This document shows positions 18,046-25,226 of a stretch of 25,240 nucleotides of DNA, in pieces. The stretch comes from a virus (lineage: Duplodnaviria; Caudoviricetes): positions 1 through 25,240 of IMG/VR virus record IMGVR_UViG_3300032216_000801, one strand, 5' to 3'. Position 1 is the stretch's first letter. Each line of letters starts with the position of its first letter. Below the pieces are notes generated by a model that saw only the letters and a list, made by a program, of their open reading frames with translations, made no database searches and had not been told where the DNA came from. A program made the translations under genes and the position numbers.

Positions 18046-19205
18046 TATTTTAATCTATTAGCTGTTCTACTAGCTATAGATGTAAATATATCTAAGTATT
18101 GTTTTGCTACAGCTTCCCACGTATTACGTGTTTCTGTAAATCTAGCTTTTACTAAAATAGTTTCTCTATCATGGCTATGATATATATATTTCATAGCTTT
18201 TAGTAAATATTCTGGGTTTGGTTCTTTTATAAACGTATGCGTACTCATCATAGTAGTAGCATCACCAGGTTTAAGAGCAAATAGGTGATTATCTTCAATG
18301 TTAACTGGTACATTAGCTACAGGAATTCTAAAACCTTTATCTTTAGGTATAAAGTCTTCTGTAGGACCTTCAGCAGATATAATAGGTACACAGCCACAAG
18401 CCATGGCTTCTTGTATATGCATACCAAAACCCTCAGCTCTGTATGGGTGTACTAAAACTTTACTAGCCTTATATATGTCAGACATTTCTGTAGAAGATAA
18501 CTCATCGTCAATATATATAATTTCACCACAATCGGTTTGATACTGTATTTTAATTATTTCAGATAGCAGATTAGACTGACCATAGATTCTGGGATTATCT
18601 TTTATAATTAACTTAGCATTATCTGATCTACTAAATGCTTTTGACCAAGCATTTATAAGTATATCTAAGCCTTTTCTCCACTGAGAGTTACCTACATATA
18701 CAAAGTTTACCTTATCAGGGTTTATACCAAATTTATTTACACTACCGCCTGGCTCTGTATTAAATACTTTATCATCATACCCATTAGGCACAACAAATAA
18801 ATTATCAGGACGTAAACCCCCATTGCTGAATACATTTTTACAATAGTTACTAGGAACTATCAATGCGTCGGCAAATGTTTCAAATTTATACTGCCATTCA
18901 AATAGTGCTTTTGAGTATTCCCATGGTTGAATGTATATTATTTTTGTGTGTTCACTAACAGGCCATGACCAAATAGGTGGATAGCTATGACGTATCTGAA
19001 CATCAGGAATTACATCTTCATTTAATTTTTCTAGACTCTTTAAAACTCTAACTTCGGACTTATCTAAAGCATACAAGGGATCATAAGAATCTAAAGGTAT
19101 AATACGTATATCTATCCCTAGTTTAACTAGTTGTAGTATTATATTCCTATTCACTATACTTAAAGAGTGATTATCGTAAAACTTACCAATAAACTCTATG
19201 AACAT
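18045..19205 (-). CDS. GT-B fold glycosyltransferase, family GT4
   Basis: VVPNGYD, FVYVGNSQWRKGLDIL, HPYRAEGFGMHIQEAMACG (EX7E), TWEAVAKQY. Confidence 0.92.
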   Translation of the reverse strand: MFIEFIGKFYDNHSLSIVNRNIILQLVKLGIDIRIIPLDSYDPLYALDKSEVRVLKSLEKLNEDVIPDVQIRHSYPPIWSWPVSEHTKIIYIQPWEYSKALFEWQYKFETFADALIVPSNYCKNVFSNGGLRPDNLFVVPNGYDDKVFNTEPGGSVNKFGINPDKVNFVYVGNSQWRKGLDILINAWSKAFSRSDNAKLIIKDNPRIYGQSNLLSEIIKIQYQTDCGEIIYIDDELSSTEMSDIYKASKVLVHPYRAEGFGMHIQEAMACGCVPIISAEGPTEDFIPKDKGFRIPVANVPVNIEDNHLFALKPGDATTMMSTHTFIKEPNPEYLLKAMKYIYHSHDRETILVKARFTETRNTWEAVAKQYLDIFTSIASRTANRLK

Positions 19206-20032
19206 TATTTAACTCTTTCTAAATGCTGTAAGTAATAACTTTCTAATTGGTTTTTAGGTACAGCAAATAGCTTAGGCCATTGCGCACTACCCAATCCTGA
19301 AGTTTTAAAATTGCGTAACTCTGTATAGTTGTCTAAAGCAACTTGGTCCCATATTTTATAAAATGGATCACTTTCTACTATATCTGAGTGTCCTATGTTA
19401 TGTATTTTCTCATGTAGATCAGCTTTATCACGGCATAGACTCCAGTGTAATGCTACTAGAGGGCTTTGTACTCTGTTAGCTCCACCAGCACTAAGATTAG
19501 ACCATCTAGCATATGTAAATGTATTATTCTTATGAGTCATGACTCCTTGGTTTTCACCAAAGAATGGTGTGTTATCTTCATTTGCTATAACTAATACAGT
19601 ATCATCAATAATTTTATATGGGGTAGCCCATATCATACATACATCTACTTTACTAGCATACCTGCTAACTACGGGACAAAAAGAGTTAAAAAAATCTTTT
19701 GCGTTAAGTAGCTGTTCGTCAGCATCAATACTTATTATCCAGTCATTGCTACAATGACTCTTTAAAAAATTACGCTCATAGTTATCATTTTCAATGGCTA
19801 TAGTAGATTTGTGAAAATTATCTTCTATAATTGATATTTTACCATCAGTATCTATACTCTGTAATTCTTCCCATAGTTTTGACTCATCAAACTTAAAATT
19901 GTTACCACTCCAAGTAATTCTAGATTCATCTAAACCTAAAACTATTTCATCTACATACTTATAGTATTTACTTATGCTACTAGCTAGATAGTGTGCGTCA
20001 TAGCTTATTAAACTTATAGCACTTATATTCAT
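19205..20032 (-). CDS. GT-A fold glycosyltransferase, GT2-like
   Basis: VDEIVLGLD, ERNFLKSHCSNDWIISIDADE (DxD), ALHWS. Confidence 0.82.
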   Translation of the reverse strand: MNISAISLISYDAHYLASSISKYYKYVDEIVLGLDESRITWSGNNFKFDESKLWEELQSIDTDGKISIIEDNFHKSTIAIENDNYERNFLKSHCSNDWIISIDADEQLLNAKDFFNSFCPVVSRYASKVDVCMIWATPYKIIDDTVLVIANEDNTPFFGENQGVMTHKNNTFTYARWSNLSAGGANRVQSPLVALHWSLCRDKADLHEKIHNIGHSDIVESDPFYKIWDQVALDNYTELRNFKTSGLGSAQWPKLFAVPKNQLESYYLQHLERVK

Positions 20033-20754
20033 TAAGTAGTTGCTTTCTCTATTTTAGCTATTTTCTTTTTTATACTTATAATAAGTAATCCAGATTGGTA
20101 CTGAGTATGATCACTTAATCCGCCAGAAACTCTTTGTTTTTTCCACTCAACCTCAAACTTATTAGCGTTATCTGCTATTACTTCGTCTAGTTCTTTTGCG
20201 TTTTTTACGTTAGAGTAGTTAGAGAATATAATAACAGCTTCTGAGCTCAGTGCTTTATATACAGTACTAAAGAACGCTTCATATGTTTCTTTATTAGCAG
20301 GTGTTATATCAAAGTAGCATACATCAAACTTAGGTTGACTTTTCCAATCTACATCTTGAAAATTGTTTTCAATTATATTAATGTTATTAATATTTACTGC
20401 GCTTGTTGGTTCATTATATCTTTGAATATTAGCAGCTAATTGACTTTTCATATTCTCCCATATAGTACCCTCTGGAGCAGTACGTTTTGGCTCACGTTCG
20501 TCATATGAATAATTCTCTACTCCTACTAGTTTAGTAGTAGGATTACCATACGCAGCGCTTATGATGGTAGATCCTTTATATACTCCTAGCTCTAAGTAAT
20601 TAGTACCTTCCTTAGAGCATATGTTATTAATTAATGCTTTAAGTCTTGGAGAACTTATACCAAATAAGTCTCTTTCACGTTCGCTAATTTTAGACTGCCC
20701 GTTATCAGATAGCTCTAATACAGCAGTAACAAATTCTTGTGTTAGTTTAACCAT
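20032..20754 (-). CDS. Class I SAM-dependent methyltransferase (Methyltransf_24-like, often sugar O-methylation)
   Basis: Motif I YLELGVYKGST, LVGVEN, FDVCYFD; no DPPY/NPPY or PC motif of DNA methylases; SD AAGGA. Confidence 0.82.
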   Translation of the reverse strand: MVKLTQEFVTAVLELSDNGQSKISERERDLFGISSPRLKALINNICSKEGTNYLELGVYKGSTIISAAYGNPTTKLVGVENYSYDEREPKRTAPEGTIWENMKSQLAANIQRYNEPTSAVNINNINIIENNFQDVDWKSQPKFDVCYFDITPANKETYEAFFSTVYKALSSEAVIIFSNYSNVKNAKELDEVIADNANKFEVEWKKQRVSGGLSDHTQYQSGLLIISIKKKIAKIEKATT

Positions 20755-20781
20755 TTTATTATCCTTATTTATATAGATATT

Positions 20782-21525
20782 TTAACTATATTTAATTTCT
20801 TTGTCCAGAGTTTTATAAAATTGTGAATTAGACCATTTGGTCTGTAGAGTAGATAGATTTCTCATTTCAGCAGCAGCTTTGTTGGTATCTCTGGCTTTTA
20901 TTTGTTTATTGTCTCTAGATTCGTGGTGAAATAATCTAACGGGGATCTGGTAGATTGCCTCTCCAGCTTTCCTAGCTGTAAGACAAAAATCTACATCTCT
21001 GTTATATGTCCACTCATACTCTGGTGAAAAGCTTCCAACGGCATTGATGAAACGTCGTCGAAGAAAACAACCTCCAAACGTTGTCCATGCAACTTCTCGG
21101 ACTTTCTGGTACTGATCTTTATCACTTTCCAGTTCTGATTTAAATGTAGCGCCGTTTTCAAGGATGATACCGCTACCGTAATGATCCGGCCTATTATTGG
21201 TAAATTTTCCGCCTGCGGATTGGATGAAAAAGTCACCGTTATCATCCGTTGCGGGGTACAATAGCAAGCAACCAAACATTCCTGCTTCTGGGTATTTTTT
21301 GACATATTCTAAAACTTCCTCAAACCAACCATCGTGGTGTGGTGTCATGTCTGAATGAAGAATAAATATATCTTCTTCAGGAAATTTACGCCACATCTTT
21401 TCAAACATTAGATCAGAGCCAATACCTCCAGTATCTAGTTCATAATAAACATCATATTCCCAAAATAACTGTTTATGCACAGCTATTTCTTGTTCATTTA
21501 TATATGGAGTAATTATTTTGACCAT
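20782..21525 (-). CDS. GT2-family glycosyltransferase
   Basis: KIITPY, FILHSD, GCLLLYP...IQSAGG, VAWTTFGGCFLRR, DVDFCLTARKAG, LFHHES. Confidence 0.88.
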   Translation of the reverse strand: MVKIITPYINEQEIAVHKQLFWEYDVYYELDTGGIGSDLMFEKMWRKFPEEDIFILHSDMTPHHDGWFEEVLEYVKKYPEAGMFGCLLLYPATDDNGDFFIQSAGGKFTNNRPDHYGSGIILENGATFKSELESDKDQYQKVREVAWTTFGGCFLRRRFINAVGSFSPEYEWTYNRDVDFCLTARKAGEAIYQIPVRLFHHESRDNKQIKARDTNKAAAEMRNLSTLQTKWSNSQFYKTLDKEIKYS

Positions 21526-22529
21526 TAAATTAACTGTTGAGTCCAGGTTTTAGGGGTTTTATCTGTAATTAATTCAAGAGGTAAGTGATATTTAAACTCT
21601 CTTACTCGTGGTTTAATCCATTGAACCATGTGATGAATTGTCTGCTCTACTGTTATATCTGCACTATAATTAAACTCTCTACGAATTTTATCACTAGAGC
21701 AATAAGCATTTTTTACTTCTATAGGTCTATCAGGATAGTGTTCAAATCTAGGTTCTACATTAGCTTCTTTACATACTATATTAGCTAACTGTTTAATAGA
21801 TATTTCATTATGATCAGGCCCTATATTATATACTTGACCAGATAAATCTCTATCGCTTAGCATAATTTTTTCAATAGCTTTTATACAGTCAATTGCATTA
21901 GAAAATGATCGTTTTTGCTCACCGTCACCATATACTATTACAGGCTTGCCTTGTAAAGTTCTATTTATCATAATTCCTACTACATTTCTAAAAGGGTCAA
22001 AATAACGTTGACCAATTCCTATAACATTGTGTGGAACTACTGTAACATAGTTTAACCCATGAATTTTTGATAATAAAGCAAGATGTTGTTCTGCTTGTAC
22101 TTTAGCTAATCCGTAGGGGTCTACTGGTTTAGGGTTCATATCTTCTGTAAACGGCGGAGTTTGATCACCATAACGAGCCATAGAGCTACAATTAATTAAT
22201 AATCTTACGTTATTGTGTAGGGCTGCAACAGCTACAGACAGCGTACCAGATACAATACTAGTAGCAGTAATTGTAGGAGAAAATACACTCAAACCCTCAT
22301 AAGGAAGTGCAGCTGCATGAAATACAACATCTGCCTCTTGCATTACTGACTTTAATAACTCTGTATCAGTAATATCTCCTTGATAATAAATAGCGTCTTT
22401 TGGTACGTTATCTTCTACACCACCAATACCGTTATCAATACCTATAACTTCATAACCACCTTTAGCTAATAGATACTTAGCTAAGGTACTACCTAATAAT
22501 CCTGATATACCTGTTATAAAAACTTTCAT
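21525..22529 (-). CDS. NAD-dependent NDP-sugar epimerase/dehydratase (extended SDR)
   Basis: TGISGLLG (GxxGxxG), VFHAAA, SSMARYG, YGLAK (YxxxK), NVIG, YGDGEQKRSF, VYNIG. Confidence 0.93.
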   Translation of the reverse strand: MKVFITGISGLLGSTLAKYLLAKGGYEVIGIDNGIGGVEDNVPKDAIYYQGDITDTELLKSVMQEADVVFHAAALPYEGLSVFSPTITATSIVSGTLSVAVAALHNNVRLLINCSSMARYGDQTPPFTEDMNPKPVDPYGLAKVQAEQHLALLSKIHGLNYVTVVPHNVIGIGQRYFDPFRNVVGIMINRTLQGKPVIVYGDGEQKRSFSNAIDCIKAIEKIMLSDRDLSGQVYNIGPDHNEISIKQLANIVCKEANVEPRFEHYPDRPIEVKNAYCSSDKIRREFNYSADITVEQTIHHMVQWIKPRVREFKYHLPLELITDKTPKTWTQQLI

Positions 22530-23317
22530 CGGTTATTCTCTTCGTTTAAATACTGCTTAGCCAAGTTATACCAGTCTACATAAGGAGCTATACAGTTATT
22601 TTGTAAATGTGTAGACCAGCCTGGAATAGGAGTTAACGCTTTTACCATTTTAAAAGCTCTCCAAGTCCAGCCATCATCAGCAAATACACTAGCTTTTAAA
22701 ATATCATATTTAAAATGTAGCCATACTTTACCCGTAGCTAATAGTGTAGGAGTAGCTGACTGCACAGTACGCATATATCCAAATTTAGTTAAGTATAGCT
22801 CAGTATTTCTAGTGTTATCCATATAGGAGTCGGGATAATCTTGTGGTACAAAGAACCCGTCATAGCCATCTGCATACAGTTCTTTAATCTGAGCTATAGC
22901 ATTAGGCATATGCAGATAGTCATCATTAGCTAAGTAATATAGATCATCAGGATTTTTTTCTATAACTTCCATCATATATACATACTGAGGTATAAAATGA
23001 TTTATGCGTATTTCACAAAACTCTGGATAAGGATGTTTACCATATGGTGGAGTAAATTGATCTATACTAGGAATTTCTTCTACTATTAGCTGAGTTTTAC
23101 AAGTTTTTCTTAACCATGCCATTGTTTCTTCTGTTACAGCAGCAGCTAATAAATGTATTGTATCAGTCTTATCTAATCCTATCTGAAATGATAGCCAACA
23201 GCTTTTTAAAATATCGAGCTTACTTAGGTCCATAAACCTACTAGCTACCGGCGCCATGTCTTTATTTACGCTAATAGGAGAATTATTAGCTTCAGAAACC
23301 ATATAAAATATGTGCAT
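22526..23317 (-). CDS. Putative divergent GT-A fold glycosyltransferase
   Basis: LYYLANDDYLH (DD after a hydrophobic strand), DYPDSY, TPIPGWSTH; embedded in a glycan cluster. Confidence 0.6.
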   Translation of the reverse strand: MHIFYMVSEANNSPISVNKDMAPVASRFMDLSKLDILKSCWLSFQIGLDKTDTIHLLAAAVTEETMAWLRKTCKTQLIVEEIPSIDQFTPPYGKHPYPEFCEIRINHFIPQYVYMMEVIEKNPDDLYYLANDDYLHMPNAIAQIKELYADGYDGFFVPQDYPDSYMDNTRNTELYLTKFGYMRTVQSATPTLLATGKVWLHFKYDILKASVFADDGWTWRAFKMVKALTPIPGWSTHLQNNCIAPYVDWYNLAKQYLNEENNR

Positions 23318-23326
23318 TATATACCT

Positions 23327-23947
23327 TTATCTATTTATTTTTAAAATTATACCAGATTGAAATAGTTCATTGTCATTTATATTATCAAATACGCATTCAC
23401 CAGCACTAATCATATTATCACTACCTATATTTACTTTTTCAGTAATTATACTATTTGGTTGTAATATGTTGTTATTACCAATAATACATTGATTCATAAT
23501 TCCTGCATATGGTTGAATTATATTATGATTACCTATTTTACACCTATTATGTACACTAGAGTAAGAACTAAATGAATTAAAATTGCCTATATTGGCTATA
23601 CCTTGTATAGAGCTAAAAGGTAAGAATAGATTACCTACTCCTAATATACTTGTTGCAGATATGTGTGAACTATCAGAATATATATTTGGAAAATGTGTTT
23701 TTATAGGCTCATACGTTTTTAAAAAATAACTAAGTAATTTATGACGCCATACAGTATTTTGAGTACCTACTATAAAAGCGGCATAAGGATCATGCTTAAA
23801 AGGGTATATACCTTCTTCACTAATGATAAAAGCCTTATCACCATTTAAAGTGATAAAGCCACAAAACTTGTACTTATTATTTTTTAGAAATATATGATCG
23901 AATACTTCGTTGGCAAATCCGCCGTTTCCTAGTATATATAAATTCAT
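23327..23947 (-). CDS. PglD/NeuD-like sugar acetyltransferase (left-handed beta-helix)
   Basis: N-terminal ILGNGGFANEV Rossmann-like segment followed by hexapeptide repeats (LGVGN, IGNFN, IGNHN, IGNNN, IGSDN). Confidence 0.82.
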   Translation of the reverse strand: MNLYILGNGGFANEVFDHIFLKNNKYKFCGFITLNGDKAFIISEEGIYPFKHDPYAAFIVGTQNTVWRHKLLSYFLKTYEPIKTHFPNIYSDSSHISATSILGVGNLFLPFSSIQGIANIGNFNSFSSYSSVHNRCKIGNHNIIQPYAGIMNQCIIGNNNILQPNSIITEKVNIGSDNMISAGECVFDNINDNELFQSGIILKINR

Positions 23948-23961
23948 TACTTGTATTCTGC

Positions 23962-24387
23962 TTAGCCACTACAATTAGTGTAACCACACGTATCACTATA
24001 TCTATCACTGCTAGAAATAAAACCATTAGCACCTATTGATCCAGTGCTACCAATAGAATAACTTATCCCACTTACCGTTGATTCACCGCCACAAGTAATT
24101 CTCATCTGAGTTGGACATTTCATATCATAACAAACATAACCCATAATACCCTCTAAATTTATACCACACTTCGAGCATGACTTGATATTAGGCCAAGTTG
24201 CTTCGTGAGTTCGTTTGAACGGATCATCAGGTCTGGGGTTTGCTGCCGTGGGATATTTTACATATGGCGGTGTTGGGATTGTCGTAATAGTTAAAGGAAC
24301 AGGTTGTTTAGATCCTTCTTGGAAACCCGCATCATATGCAGATTTTAACATATCTCTATTTAATTTAAACCATTCTTCAAATGTCAT
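23962..24387 (-). CDS. Hypothetical protein with a Cys-rich zinc-ribbon-like motif
   Basis: 141 aa; CSKC-x11-C-x4-CP motif; Pro/Thr-rich linker; Gly/Ser-rich tail; SD-like GAG. Confidence 0.7.
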   Translation of the reverse strand: MTFEEWFKLNRDMLKSAYDAGFQEGSKQPVPLTITTIPTPPYVKYPTAANPRPDDPFKRTHEATWPNIKSCSKCGINLEGIMGYVCYDMKCPTQMRITCGGESTVSGISYSIGSTGSIGANGFISSSDRYSDTCGYTNCSG

Positions 24388-24408
24388 ATTATTCTCATTT
24401 ATAAGTTA

Positions 24409-24580
24409 ATGGCCCGTTCTGTTTCAAGGTGGAACCATACCCAACGGCATTAAGCTGCTAGAGCGTAAGCCATAGGTGCTGAATTTTCATTTGCACTTAT
24501 CATTTTTCTTGCGGTTACAGTCGCTTGCTCACTGGCTCCTGGTTTCCTCGTACTCAACATGTCGAACCTATTTCGCCCCC
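24409..24580 (-). ncRNA. ssrA: tmRNA coding piece (5' acceptor strand plus tag ORF) of a circularly permuted two-piece tmRNA
   Basis: Begins GGGGGCGAAATAGGTTCGAC at 24580. ATAAGT precedes the resume codon; tag 24494-24450 is GCA AAT GAA AAT TCA GCA CCT ATG GCT TAC GCT CTA GCA GCT TAA = ANENSAPMAYALAA*. 3' structure ATGGTTC/GGGCCAT encloses CCTTGAAACAGAA. The 3' end is approximate. Confidence 0.95.
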
Positions 24581-24581
24581 A

Positions 24582-24794
24582 TCAAGAAGATTCTTTTGGT
24601 ACGTTGTAAGGTTTACCTTGAAATCTTTTATTCCAAGCTTTTCCTAAACTACCGTCTTCTCTTCCAGAATAAATAATAGTATATACGCCATTATTTGTTT
24701 GTTTATATGCTAAATCTACATTAGATATATTACTATCATGTTTCATATTAGCAGCTAATAAGGCTTTTTTACTAATTTTTATCTTTTTAGACAT
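24582..24794 (-). CDS. 70-aa basic hypothetical protein nested in the tmRNA intervening segment
   Basis: MSKKIKISKK...VPKESS*; SD AAGGA 5 nt upstream of ATG 24794; occupies 213 of the 225-nt segment; stop TGA lies 1 nt before tmRNA G1. Confidence 0.7.
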   Translation of the reverse strand: MSKKIKISKKALLAANMKHDSNISNVDLAYKQTNNGVYTIIYSGREDGSLGKAWNKRFQGKPYNVPKESS

Positions 24795-24805
24795 AAGAAT
24801 CCTTG

Positions 24806-24868
24806 TGGTGGAGGCGTCCGGTATCGCACCGGAGTCCATGCTGCATCTAATTTACGTAATCAGAGCTC
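24806..24868 (-). ncRNA. ssrA: tmRNA acceptor piece (T-arm, 3' acceptor strand, CCA)
   Basis: ...CAGCATG GAC TCCGG-TGCGATA-CCGGA CGCCTCC A CCA ends at 24806. CGCCTCC pairs with GGGGGCG, including the G3.U Ala determinant; discriminator A; CAGCATG pairs with CATGTTG of the coding piece. The 5' end is approximate. Confidence 0.93.
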
Positions 24869-25000
24869 TTCTATAATTTCAATAGTTGGTTCTTCAACTA
24901 CTAGTTCTGGTAAGTTTTCTACAGCTGCTCGTAGAACTGAAAAGTCTATATCATCAGTTTCAACTAGCACATAGTATTCAGTTAAGGTTGTTCTGGTCAA
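24860..25000 (-). CDS. Small acidic hypothetical protein, 46 aa (below the ORF-track cutoff)
   Basis: TTG start with AGGT 5 nt upstream; MTRTTLTEYYVLVETDDIDFSVLRAAVENLPELVVEEPTIEIIEEL*; codon use (CTA, GTA, GAA) like neighbours; fills the gap exactly. Confidence 0.55.
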   Translation of the reverse strand: MTRTTLTEYYVLVETDDIDFSVLRAAVENLPELVVEEPTIEIIEEL

Positions 25001-25226
25001 GACGTACCTGTTCTAGATGGCCTGTATGTGTAGACCAGTTAAAAATACGAAAAGCATTTTCTTCTAGATCCCACACCAGTTCCATACCATCAGGATAACT
25101 CTTTTCAGAGCCAGAGCCTATAATTTTTTCATCTAAGAAAGTATCAGGCAAATCTCGTAGATGTGCAAACAGCATTTCACGAATTTCGCCATTACGTTTT
25201 TTAAAAGTTCCTTTGAACGCTTTCAT
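24978..25226 (-). CDS. DUF2693/WYL-like SH3 beta-barrel small protein
   Basis: FKKRNGEIREM...LVWDLEENAFRIFNW signature; strong SD GGAGG. Confidence 0.75.
   Translation of the reverse strand: MKAFKGTFKKRNGEIREMLFAHLRDLPDTFLDEKIIGSGSEKSYPDGMELVWDLEENAFRIFNWSTHTGHLEQVRLDQNNLN

Noticed and set aside
20032-20754. Methyltransferase as a DNA methylase
   Set aside because: No DPPY/NPPY/SPPY or PC catalytic motif; the pattern fits small-molecule or sugar methyltransferases.
4237-21305. Nested same-strand ORFs 4237-4575, 8800-8988 and 20991-21305
   Set aside because: Out-of-frame overlaps inside intact conserved genes; no motif or frameshift signal noticed.
18045-23947. Cluster as a host LPS/capsule locus or Gtr-type serotype conversion cassette
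   Set aside because: No flippase, polymerase or membrane GT is evident, and it is joined by overlapping codons to phage core genes.
24795-24839. N-terminal extension (MDSGAIPDASTTRIL) of the 85-aa ORF in the track
   Set aside because: It is the tmRNA T-arm and acceptor strand read as codons; ATG 24794 has the SD.
24806-24840. Possible stand-alone tRNA-Ala or tRNA fragment (att site)
   Set aside because: No anticodon arm; its pairing partner and a tag ORF lie downstream, which identifies a permuted tmRNA. No duplicated 3' end or integrase is seen.
24872-24897. Dedicated tmRNA promoter TTGAAG-N16-TATAGA
   Set aside because: The -10 lacks the final T, the spacer is short and it lies within a probable ORF; too weak to call.
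2413-25098. All plus-strand ORFs in the track, including the 147-aa 17463-17906
   Set aside because: Each is antisense to well-supported minus-strand genes or the tmRNA, with Ser/Leu/Ile/Phe-rich shadow composition and no recognisable motifs.
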